A stretch of DNA of 64,000 nucleotides from Octopus sinensis (Eukaryota), in assembly GCF_006345805.1 (NCBI RefSeq), contig NC_042997.1:192510001-192574000 (forward strand), written 5' to 3'. This document shows, piece by piece, positions 53,808-64,000 of the stretch (position 1 is the first letter of the stretch; every line of letters starts with the position of its first letter). The notes below the pieces were generated by a model. The model had not been told where the DNA came from, searched no databases, and saw only the letters and a program-made list of their open reading frames with translations. Position numbers and translations under genes: made by a program.

Positions 53808-54199
53808 TGTGAAGTATATTTGCCACTTAAATGTGGCTAACCATTAAGGGTGGATGTTACTCTAGCTTGTAGCTCCAGGAGAACATCTTCTCCAGCTGGC
53901 TATTGACACACTTTCTGTGCCCTATCGGTATTTGCAAAGGGAAGTCATCCTTCCCGTCGTCAACCTACGTGATACGCACGGACCCGGGTTTCTGGATATT
54001 GATCCGTCATCAGCGCATGATTCCCTTTGCAAATACCGATAGGGCACAGAAAGTGTGTCAATAGCCAGCTGGAGAAGATGTTCTCCTGGGGCTACAAGCT
54101 ACAGTAACATCCACCCTTAGTGGTTTGCCATATTTAGATGGCAAATATACTTCACATTGTCGTGCAGTTACTGTCTATACCTCGTTCAGAGATTTATTA
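53808..54199. mobile_element. Head-to-head pair of hammerhead-family elements
   Basis: 53808-53943 is inverted at 54021-54156; shared hairpin module. Confidence 0.85.
53975..54019 (-). ncRNA. Type I hammerhead ribozyme
   Basis: catgcg-CTGATGA-c-gga(tcaata)tcc-a-GAAAC-CCGG-GTC-cgtgcg. Confidence 0.75.
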
Positions 54200-54262
54200 T
54201 ATATATATCGCGTTTAAGTTAGTTTATTCAATCAACAAACATTGTAAAGGATAATGAGTAAA

Positions 54263-54592
54263 CACCTCCTTTGGTCATGAATGACCGTGGGATTGCACCT
54301 AGAAAGTTACCATCTGAGGCACAAGTCTGAGCAAGGTTGTTTATGGAAGACCAGCAGTTGCCCATGCATACCAGCCTCCCCTCACCACGCCACCGATGTT
54401 ATCCAAGAGAAAGACAAAGGCCGATACAGTTTGGCACAGTGACGTCGCAACTCATTCCTACAGCTGAGTGAATTGGAGCAACGTGAAATAAAGTGTCTTG
54501 CTCAAGAATACAACACACAACCCGGTCCAAGGATCGAACTCACTACCTCATGTTTGTGAGCCTGACGCTCTCACCACTAAGTCATGCACATT
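54263..54592 (-). mobile_element. SINE, head C with tail W
   Basis: Homologous to 40693-41008. Confidence 0.85.
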
Positions 54593-55112
54593 CGTCAGCA
54601 AACATTAATAGAGTATTATTTTACTATAACAAATATTTATATTTAGATTACTAACTATAATAGCAGCTGTTATTTCCTTTTTGGTGAGGGTTGATACTAT
54701 CCTATAATTAAACATCGGTAGGTAGTGTAAGTAAGTGCTCTTGTAAAAGTATCATTTAATAAGATTTAGTAAAACCTTACAAACTAGTTTGGTGCTAACA
54801 AATACACCAACACTTACAAAAGTACAAGGAGGCACAGTACTTTTACTGCTTCTCGTCTTGCAAAAAAATCTCTCAGATATCTTCAGTCATATGCAGTCGC
54901 TTGTTGATTCGTTTTTATTCACAGCAGCGATCCGATTTCTCTACGTAACTCGTTGTGTCAGTCACAGCGTCTCAAGGCGGCGAGCTGGCAGAAACGTTAG
55001 CACGCCGGGCGAAATGCTCAGCGATATTTCGTCTGTCTTTACATTCTGAGTTCAAATTCCACCGAGGTCGACTTTACCTTTCATCCTTTCGGTGTCGATA
55101 AATTGAATACCA

Positions 55113-55580
55113 CTATTTACATTATTTACTTTCGACGGATATTTGTGCTCGTCTTGTTTGTTGTTAACACAACGTTTCGGCTGATATACCTTCCAGCCGT
55201 CTTCAGGTGTCTTGGGGAAATTTCGAACCTAGGTTCTCATTCCTAAGGTATTTTTCGATTTTATTGTTGTTGTTGATTCAAACTCGGAATCGTGGGGTTA
55301 GTAGCCTGCGATTTTAACCACTACGCCATATGCCCGTGGGCAATTATGGAGTGAATTTTAGGGCTTATAAATCTAATATTCTCCTATCCTTCCTTAATAC
55401 CGGTTCCCATATGCTGCTCATATCTGTACTCGGTCTGCTTTGAAGGTTGTTGTGTCCTAGCATATGTGCTGCTTCTTTTAGTTTTCGTATTTTCCAGGGG
55501 TGTTCTGTCTATCCGTCGAATGTAAATAATGTAAATAATGTAAATAATCTACATAATTCCTCATCTCTTAAATATAGAAC
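55113..55580 (-). mobile_element. 5'-truncated Penelope-like element: GIY-YIG-like C-terminus, tRNA-like segment, hammerhead
   Basis: EHPWKIRKLKEAAHMLGHNNLQSRPSTDMSSIWEPVLRKDRRILDL* (55365-55505); tRNA-like 55275-55334; short inverted terminal copy. Confidence 0.82.
55166..55211 (-). ncRNA. Minimal type I hammerhead ribozyme
   Basis: gacac-CTGAAGA-c-ggctg(gaaggtatat)cagcc-GAAAC-GTT-gtgtt; loopless palindromic stem III. Confidence 0.78.
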
Positions 55581-55736
55581 TAAATTAAGTACCAGTTGCG
55601 TACTAGGGTCGATCTAAATGACTGGGCCCCTCCCCCAAAATTTCGAGTCTCTTGCCTAGAATAGAAAAGGGTCACAGCGTCTCACTGAAGTCATTTACTC
55701 TTCTTCGTACAAATATGAATCCCAATGTTTATCTTT

Positions 55737-56132
55737 CTTTTTAACTTTTACTTGTTTTGGTCATTTGACTGCGGCAAAGCTGGAGCACCGCCTTGAAGAG
55801 TTCGGTCGAACAAATCGCTCCCACTACTTAATTTTAAGGCTGGTACTTATTTTTATCGTTCTCTTTCACCAAGCCGTTGAGTTATAGTGATGTAAACAAA
55901 TCAACGCCGGTTGTCAAGTAATGGAAGGGGAAATGACAAAAATACACACACTTACAGACACACACACACACGTACACACACATATATACGACAGGCTTCC
56001 GTACAGTTTCCGCCTAGTAAATTTACTCACAAACGTTTGTTAGCCTGGAGTTATGGTAGGAGCTAGCAGCGAAACTGAACCTAAAATCACATTGTTGCAA
56101 AGTAAACCTCATAACCGCATAGCCGCGCCTAC
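55737..56132 (-). mobile_element. SINE family B (diverged)
   Basis: Family match. Confidence 0.8.
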
Positions 56133-56150
56133 GTCTATAAAAGTAATATA

Positions 56151-56222
56151 TTCCCAAGCCGGGAATCGAACCCTGGCCGCCTGGGTGAAAGCCAGGAATC
56201 CTAACTACTTGAGCACATGGGA
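56151..56222 (-). tRNA. tRNA-Glu(TTC), probably a pseudogene
   Basis: 72 nt; CCTGG-CT-TTC-AC-CCAGG anticodon arm, GGTTCGATTCC; mismatches in acceptor and T stems; D-loop GG lost. Confidence 0.8.
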
Positions 56223-56245
56223 GAAGTAAAATGTTCCCAATCCGG

Positions 56246-56460
56246 AAGGCGTCGAGATGGCAGAATCGTTAGCACACCGGGCGAAGTGCTTAGCAGTATT
56301 TCGTTCGTCTTTACGCTCTGAGTTCAAATACCACCGAGGTCGACTTTGCCTTTCATCCTTTTGGGATCGATAAAATAAGTACCAGTTGCATACTGAGGTC
56401 GATGTAATCTACTTAGCCCCTCCCCCGCACTTGCTGGTCTTGTGCAAAAATTTGAAACCA
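56246..56460 (+). mobile_element. SINE family A (alternative tail)
   Basis: Family head and core. Confidence 0.85.
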
Positions 56461-56684
56461 AAATGTCTTCTTGAAGGCGTTCATTCTTCCTTATACGTGC
56501 CTTTTCCTTATTTAAGATTCTAGTGGGTGATTTAAGGAACATTTAGTTGCTAATTCTTGGAAGCTGAGCGTTTACTGAAGACATTTTTCATCTGTGTATA
56601 TTATTCATGAATGCTGGGAATCGATTTAAAAAACAAAAAAAAAACAATGGGAATCCAAAGCTGCGACGTAAATATATATGTATG

Positions 56685-56753
<69 letters not shown>

Positions 56754-56958
56754 CAATAATAATTCTCTAAATGAGATATAGACAGTAACTGCTTCATAAC
56801 ATAAGGGACTAAAGCCATCTGAATATGCTAGGGACAGGGCAGGGTGGTGTTACTGTTGCATTTAGCCCAGGCGAACATCAACGTCGCCAGATAGGCTTGA
56901 CACCATCACGGTGTCCTTTATCCTGCAAGGGAGATAATCCCCGATGAAGCGGAAACTA

Positions 56959-57004
56959 CACACGGACCTAGGTTTCAAGGTGTATTGCCTATCATCAACG
57001 TGTG
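56959..57004 (-). ncRNA. Type I hammerhead ribozyme (C3U)
   Basis: cacacg-TTGATGA-t-agg(caataca)cct-t-GAAAC-CTAG-GTC-cgtgtg. Confidence 0.8.
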
Positions 57005-57241
57005 GTAGGCCCCCGCTTCCTCGACGAACAACCCACTCTGCAGGATATTTATATATAGATTTTCAAGCAAAATACATTTGCTGATTTCGAAAATCTGTTC
57101 GACAGCAATAATAATTCTCTAAATGAGATATAGACAGTAACTGCTCCATAACATAAGGGACTAAAGCCATCTGAATATGGCTAGGGACAGGGCAGGGTGG
57201 TGGGGGTGTTACTGTTGTTCGTCGAGGAAGCGGGGGCCTAC

Positions 57242-57287
57242 CACACGTTGATGATAGGCAATACACCTTGAAACCTAGGTCCGTGTG
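57242..57287 (+). ncRNA. Type I hammerhead ribozyme (C3U)
   Basis: Same motif; stem I extends as gaagcgggggcc-TAC / T-ggtttccgcttc. Confidence 0.8.
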
Positions 57288-57599
57288 TGGTTTCCGCTTC
57301 ATCGGGGAATTATCTCCCTTTGCAGGATAAAGGACACCGTGATGGTGTCAAGCCTATCTGGCGACGTTGATGTTCGCCTGGGGCTAAATGCAACAGTAAC
57401 ACCCCCACCACCCTGCCCTGTCCCTAGCCATATTCAGATGGCTTTAGTCCCTTATGTTATATATATATATATATTATATATATATATATAAACATACATA
57501 TACGTTTCCAGGTCATTAACAATTTAGCTGGATTGAAATACTTATATCTCATCGAAACGAGAAATCGAGTTCGGTAATTTTTATCATATACCACTGTTT

Positions 57600-58858
57600 T
57601 ATTTTCTATTCTGCGTTACGTCAATGATTCTTCAATGAAATAAAACTGCTCTAAGTGTCATTACAGCTATTAAAATGTCTGTAAAACCTGTAATGCACTC
57701 ATGACTTTATCACGTTGTTTGCACTGGTTCTCGTCCGATCACCGGAGGTTGAGGAACATCGAAGCTTTTTCGTACTTTAGAAGGGTGATCGCTTGGGAAA
57801 CCGATCATCAACATGATAGAAAACAGCTGGCGCAGTTGACTTGGTGCTCTGCTGACTGTTGCCTGCTTCAGTGTCTGGTCCTAGTGAGCATCGTCCTTCA
57901 GTAGTCCATGTTTGGTACAGGTTTCTCTATAGGTCGTTCAGACTTTCCCATTGTGTCTTCGAAGTTCTGACAGTGTGCAGCAGGAGACGCAGAAAGAAGC
58001 GCTTCTGTTGAGTACACCCACCCGATGGCCCCACTTCTGAAAACAGCAGGTTTTTCCCAGCCCTCAACGCGTGCTCCTTGCTTGCGTCTGTTCCATCTAT
58101 CGTGTACCCAGGTGTAGTACACGGGAGCCTCAACATACAACAGTGTTCGGGCAAACAGATCACATTGGCATAATTTGAAGAAAGCTGTCAAAGGGGTTTC
58201 TCGTGGATTCAGAACTACGTTTCGAGCATTTTCTTCTGTGAAATATACACGCTGGCCATTTTCAAGATGCCTGCCTGACATCGCTCATGGATTTCGAAGC
58301 CCAGAATGCGCCACATTGTCTCGTTAGAGGAAATATACCTGCCCAACTTATATTGCTGAATTTCATCTGTCTGCCTGCCCTCCTGTTCAAGTCCCAAAAC
58401 CGCCATATCTGAGCCCTTATTGATGCATTTACATACATATTTAATACTTTTTATAGAGTTGCATGACTCAATATTAACATGAACCTGCAATGTTTTAGAC
58501 AGCAATGGGTTGCAGGGCACGATCAACCTGTTGTCAATTTCCATCCCTTGACCATTAACTTTGAGCTTGGTAGTGTTTAGGTTGATCAAAGGAAAATGAG
58601 TCGGTTATTTCCCTTGGCTAGGAAAACGAATGGATTATTTCCCTTGGCTGTTAAAGAAAAATATATGGATGCGGACTCCTTCTAGGATCCCTAGCCATCC
58701 AATTATAGATTTTTATTAAACTTCAATGAGCCTAGTAACAAACTGGATGTTACTTTAACATGTCTTCAAAGTTTCACGAAAATTCGTTAACAAGTGTAGA
58801 CAGCAACTGAACACAAACTGACATCCAAACAGACAACTTGCGTCTATATATGTTTAGA
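57600..58858 (-). mobile_element. Internally deleted Helitron with central RepHel fragment
   Basis: DNRLIVPCNPLLSK…SIKSIKYVCKCINKGSD…GRYISSNETMWRILGFEIHER / HLENGQRVYF…TPLTAFFKLCQ; 5' A|TC end. Confidence 0.9.
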
Positions 58859-59083
58859 TATGTGTGTATATATGCATATGTATATACAGCTATATGTATA
58901 TGTAGCTAAGTATGTATGCATGTACATACACATATGTGTACGTGTGTACGTGTGTGTGTGTGCGCACGCAGTATGGTTACGTGGTAAAGAAGTTCTTTTT
59001 ATAACCTCGAGGTTCAAGTTTCGATCCTACTGCGCGGTGTCTTGGGTTTACGGCATTTTCCACAACCCATACCTTGTTAGCGA

Positions 59084-59468
59084 AGTATGGAAGCACTCCG
59101 TCGGTTACGACGACGAGGGTTCCGGTTGATCCGATCAACGGAACAGCCTGCTCGTGAAATTAATGTGTAAGTGGCTGAGCACTCCACAGACACGTGTACC
59201 CTTAACGTAGTTCTCGGGGATATTCAGCGTGACACAGAGAGTGACAAGGCCGGCCCTCTGAAATACAGGTACAACAGAAACAGGAAGAAAGAGTGAGAGA
59301 AAGTTGTGGTGAAAGAGTACAGCAGGGATCACCACCATCCCTGCCGGAGCCTCGCGGAGCTTTAGGTGTTTTCGCTCAATAAACACTCACAACGCCCGGC
59401 CTGGGAATCGAAACCGCGATCCTACGACCGCGAGTCCGCTGCCCTAACCACTGGGCCATTGCGTCTCC
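59084..59468 (-). mobile_element. SINE, head D with tail X
   Basis: tRNA-Arg-like head; ttgttagcga on both sides. Confidence 0.9.
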
Positions 59469-59879
59469 TTGTTAGCGATAGTGGGTAGGCGGAAAACGTA
59501 TATAAGCACGTCAAGTGGATTGTACCTGTTATTGGAAAGATGTAACGATATGAATTTATTACACGCTGTGTCACAGCGAAACTGCTTGAGAATCACGTTA
59601 TGGGTGCACGTGACAGCGGAATGCTCAGCCACTTACACGTCAACTCAGAAGCAAGCATTTCAGTTGCACCATCAACCGAATTATCTGCTTCGCCACCACT
59701 ACAGCCACTATGGGGGGGGGGGGGGGTCGCGCAAAAATGCGCGTGTGCATATATGTGTATGTATGTATATGTGTGTGTGTGTGTGTGTGCGTGCATGTGT
59801 ATAGGTGCACGTATGTGTGTACATGTGCGTATGTATGTGCGTGCGAGTGTTCATGATATTACATAATATATATACTAGA

Positions 59880-60281
59880 AAGGCGGTGAGTTGGCAGAAA
59901 CGTTAGCATGCTGGGCGAAATGCTTAGCAGTATTTCGTCTGCCGCTATGTTCTGAGTTCAAATTCCTCCGAGGTCGACTTTGCCTTTCATCCTTTCGGGG
60001 TCGATAAATTAAGTACCAGTTAATTTATCGCATTGGGGTCGATATAATCGACTTAATACCTATGTCTGTCCTTGTTTGTCCTCTCTGTGTTTAGCCCCTT
60101 GTGGGTAGTAAAGAAATAGGTATTTCGTCTGCCGCTACGTTCTGAGTTCAAATTCCGCTGAGGTCGACTTTGCCTTTCATCCTTCCGGGGGTCGATAAAT
60201 TAAATACCAGTTGCGTACAGGGTTCGAGATAATCATGTGCCCCCCTCCCCAAAATTTCGGGCCTTGTGCCTAGAGTAGAAA
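59880..60281 (+). mobile_element. SINE family A, dimeric with two different tails
   Basis: Family match; atatactaga on both sides. Confidence 0.9.
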
Positions 60282-60330
60282 TGATATTATATACTAGATT
60301 ATATTGGTCTCAAAATTTGGCAGAGCGACT

Positions 60331-60572
60331 GAATAAGTTCCTTCACATTGACTACGCTGCGTTTCGGCTGATTGCTGTTATTCAATATCTGCATTTTTTT
60401 AAAGTGCATTATGAAGTTGTAAAAGCAAAAAGCCTCCTCAGGGCATAATTGACTGATATTTTTCATATCCTAACGGATGGAGAGTTTATTCCGATTGAGT
60501 TGTAGCATGCTACAAACATTGAGCAGCAACAATCAGCCGAAACGCTGCGTAGACAATATGAATGAACTTATT
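60331..60572. repeat. ~55-bp inverted repeat carrying a half-hammerhead
   Basis: cagcc-GAAAC-GCTGC-GTA in both arms (GCAGC in the minus arm). Confidence 0.7.
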
Positions 60573-60619
60573 AATTTGACTAGACTATGTTAATTAAATA
60601 TATATATATATATATATAT

Positions 60620-60684
<65 letters not shown>

Positions 60685-60882
60685 CTATCTTTTATCTTTT
60701 ATTGTTTCTATCATTGCACTGTAGTCATGCTAGCGTTACGCCTTGAAGGGTTTAGTCGAAGAAATTTACTCCAGTACTTTTTTAAGCCTAGTACTTTGTC
60801 TATCAGTGTCTTTCATGCTATGTCAAGGGGATGCAAACAAACCAGCACCATAAACACACGCACACGCACACACAAACACACT

Positions 60883-60934
<52 letters not shown>

Positions 60935-61129
60935 AGTACATAGTTCAAGAACAAGGTGGAGAAAGCAGTACTCGAATGCCAAAGGTGGAATATAATATAT
61001 GTTAATTTATTACATATCATGTATTTCTTATAACTGTATAGAAAGTTTTATCCCATTATAAATTACACTCTATTTTGTAGTATTCTGTGCCTGTTCTTGA
61101 GAAACACTGGACGAGAGTATAGTTGACAG

Positions 61130-61520
61130 CAGTAGCCCAACATGTATACGTAAACAAACAGAAACCATTGATCATATTGCCTTCATGTGCAGCCGTTTTG
61201 CGCCCACAGAGTATCTCAACAGGTATGACAGAACGGCAAAGTATATTCACTGTGTAATCTGCAAGGACCTGGATCTGCCCTTGATAAAAAAAAAAAAAAG
61301 AACGTGATGGGAATACAAACCACCTCCAGTACTTGAAAATGATCACATCTCACTCCTTTGGAACTTTACTGTTCAAATAGACAGAAAGATAGATGCAAAT
61401 AGGCCAGTCATTATACTGAAAGATTTCAGAGAAAAATCATATGACTGTCCCAATCGACATAAATGTATGTCAAGACCTAGCAAAAACTGAGCTAATATAA
61501 AGATCTTGATATTTTCTTAT
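61130..61520 (+). pseudogene. Degenerate Dong/R4-like zinc-knuckle and RLE fragment (third family)
   Basis: TETIDHIAFMCSRFAPTEYLNRYDRTAKYIHCVIC / WEYKPPPVLENDHISLLWNFTVQIDRKIDANRP. Confidence 0.85.
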
Positions 61521-62046
61521 GGTTTGACACACTTTCTAGAACAATACTCAGTACAAAACCATTAACAATATTCAGTACGAATTCCATCAACATTGCCCAT
61601 CTTTAAAATTTGTCCGAGGCTTGGCCCCCGAGCCATCCATCCACTACAGAAATGTTCGTGTCGTATCACAACACTATGACAGAACTATTTCACCTCAATT
61701 GGCTCTGCTTTCTTCAACATCGTGCCAGACACACATAAAGGAGGAACGTGGCTGTGTTATTTTTGTTTTAACCCCGCCAAGGAGGTTATGCTTTTGCCGG
61801 CGCTGGTTTGGGAAATTGGGCGATTGTCAGCATGCATGTATATGGGTGGAAATGAGCTGCTTGGTGGAGGTCTGCGCTCTCAGAGTGCTTTTCTAGTCTT
61901 CATATGAGATCACCATGTCGCGCACATATGCTCGTGATGCATGTGCCCGGTGTACCATTATCAGACGGGTTGTCATGGTGGGTATACTGGGCTTTCTATA
62001 TTTTTCCCCAGTGTCACTTTGATGACATGCACTGCTCTCTCACTCA

Positions 62047-62133
62047 ATAATAATAATAATAATAATAATTATGATGATGATGATGATGATGATGATGATA
62101 ATAATAATAATAACAACAATAATAATAATAATA

Positions 62134-62168
<35 letters not shown>

Positions 62169-62212
62169 AATAATAATAATAACAATAACAACAATAATAA
62201 TAATAATAATAA

Positions 62213-62262
<50 letters not shown>
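62047..62262. repeat. (TAA/TGA)n array
   Basis: Direct reading; continues after the Dong element at 63552-63604. Confidence 0.95.
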
Positions 62263-62265
<3 letters not shown>

Positions 62266-63550
62266 ATCGAAAATACGCAAGCTGCTGAGTTGTAATAGGA
62301 TGCACCACCCAAAGGCAGACGTAGATCGCCTTTACCTTCCCAGAGCCCAAGGAGGTCGAGGCCTGATCCAATTTGAACTAGCTTACAAAACAACCACAAT
62401 TGGACTGGCCAAATATCTCGAAATATCGAATGACTGGATGCTAAAGCTCGTGGAAAATCACGAGAGACGAAAGAAGCTTCATTCTATCATAAAGGAAAGC
62501 AAAAAATTTGCTATTGATCTCGTGCAAGATACCCAAACTGAACAACCCAAGGAAAGTACGGCAACTATTGTTGCAAAGAAGGTGAAAATGATGGCAACGA
62601 AAAAAGCGCACGAGCAATTGGCTGATAGGTGGGAGGAGAAACCTCTGCACGGCAAATATGTGACCCGCAGCAAACAAGCTGATGTTGACCAGAAGCAAAC
62701 CCATCAGTGGCTACGGAGCTCAGGGCTAAAAGCAGAGAGCGAAGGTTTCATCCTGGCTGCTCAAGATCAAAGCCTATTAACCCGGAACTACCAGGCCAAT
62801 GTGATGAAAAATGGAGCAGACCCAAAATGCCGATTCTGCAACGACATGATTGAAACAGTGGACCACCTAATCTCTGGATGTAAAGTCTTAGCACCAGTGG
62901 AGTATAAATTAAGACATGACAGAGTTGGCCAATATCTCCACTGGCTAATAAGTCGGCATTACAATATCAAAACTGCCGACAAGTGGTATAATCACCACCC
63001 TGAGGCTGTAACTGAAGGAGAAAATGTAACCATTCTGTGGGACTTTCCAGTACATACAGACCGAGCCATCAAGGCCAATAAACCAGATATTGTTGTGAAA
63101 GACCAAAACAATAAAGTTTGCTTATTGATCGACATGAGCATCCCCTGTGATCATAATATATCAGCGAAAGAGTTTGACAAGCTCAGAAAATATAAAGACC
63201 TACTCATTGAAATTGAGAAAATGTGGCATCTCAAGGCGGTTACAATACCAGTGATCGTAGGAGCACTAGGAATGATCAAGAAGGGAACCGAAAATTATAT
63301 GAGAATGATCCCTGGCTTACCATCCCTGCAAGAAGTGCAAAAGATTGTCTTAACTGGTACATCACACGTATTGAGAAGAGCATTGTCGATGTGAGAACTG
63401 TTGCTGCTCATGTATTTTAATTTAACTTAAAAAAAAATTAAAAAAATGAACGAACTATTGAGTTTGGTTTAATGGTCTACCAATGTATACTATGAGTTTC
63501 TTTGCCCTAGGAGTCGGGAAGACACTCGGCAAGAAATGGAAGAAAAAAAA
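62263..63550 (+). mobile_element. 5'-truncated Dong/R4-clade non-LTR retrotransposon inserted in (TAA)n
   Basis: Open C-terminal ORF, 3' UTR, short A tail, (TAA)n on both flanks. Confidence 0.92.
62300..63394 (+). CDS. Truncated R4/Dong ORF: RT thumb/linker, CCHC knuckle, restriction-like endonuclease
   Basis: RLYLPRAQGGRGL, LHGKY, CRFC…ETVDHLISGC, RHD, KPDIVV…LIDMSIP…KYKDL, PVIVGALG. Confidence 0.93.
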   Translation: MHHPKADVDRLYLPRAQGGRGLIQFELAYKTTTIGLAKYLEISNDWMLKLVENHERRKKLHSIIKESKKFAIDLVQDTQTEQPKESTATIVAKKVKMMATKKAHEQLADRWEEKPLHGKYVTRSKQADVDQKQTHQWLRSSGLKAESEGFILAAQDQSLLTRNYQANVMKNGADPKCRFCNDMIETVDHLISGCKVLAPVEYKLRHDRVGQYLHWLISRHYNIKTADKWYNHHPEAVTEGENVTILWDFPVHTDRAIKANKPDIVVKDQNNKVCLLIDMSIPCDHNISAKEFDKLRKYKDLLIEIEKMWHLKAVTIPVIVGALGMIKKGTENYMRMIPGLPSLQEVQKIVLTGTSHVLRRALSM

Positions 63551-63605
63551 GTAATAATAATAATAATAATGATAATAATAATGATGATGATGATGATGAT
63601 GATAA

Positions 63606-64000
<395 letters not shown>

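Larger units (their letters stand above)
54975..55670 (+). mobile_element. SINE family A split by a Penelope-like insertion
   Basis: 14-bp TSD gtcacagcgtctca. Confidence 0.88.
56752..57460. mobile_element. Retrozyme-like locus: ~352-nt unit as a head-to-tail 1.3-mer (-) plus an inverted copy (+), in (TA)n
   Basis: gcaataataattctct at 56753 and 57105; two full hammerheads; no credible ORF. Confidence 0.85.

Noticed and set aside
54812-54930. Possible upstream exon of the EF-hand gene (GTAAGT donor on minus strand)
   Set aside because: No EF-hand coding frame; it could be UTR but this cannot be supported

Overview
AT-rich, repeat-saturated eukaryotic (animal) DNA. The tRNA-derived SINE families, (TA)n/(TACA)n/(CA)n density and TTAGGG repeats point to a cephalopod, probably Octopus (inference). 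The only host coding sequence I can support is two spliced 3' exons of a minus-strand calmodulin-like EF-hand gene (45570-45664, 42674-42875). There is also one degenerate tRNA-Glu(TTC). Most long ORFs in the supplied track are microsatellite artefacts. The rest is transposon material: Dong/R4-clade RLE retrotransposons, Tx1/L1, RTE, Gypsy, mariner and Helitron fragments, several MITEs, and four modular SINE head/tail families. The most interesting signal is hidden RNA structure. (1) A diverged family of non-coding elements at five loci carries type I hammerhead ribozymes (TAC bulge, CAATA loop, palindromic stem III; one copy has a U3-A8 compensatory core) followed by a covarying multi-hairpin module; one locus is a circularly permuted ~352-nt 1.3-mer, as expected for a retrozyme. 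(2) A Penelope-like element has a tRNA-like Pol III head and a minimal hammerhead directly behind its GIY-YIG-like stop codon. (3) A Merlin-like, telomere-repeat-carrying MITE forms an array with the geometry of an autointegration inversion circle. A 100-N gap at 51252-51351 has duplicated flanks, probably an assembly artefact. All calls are by eye; no searches were run, and repeat boundaries are approximate unless a TSD or TIR is cited.
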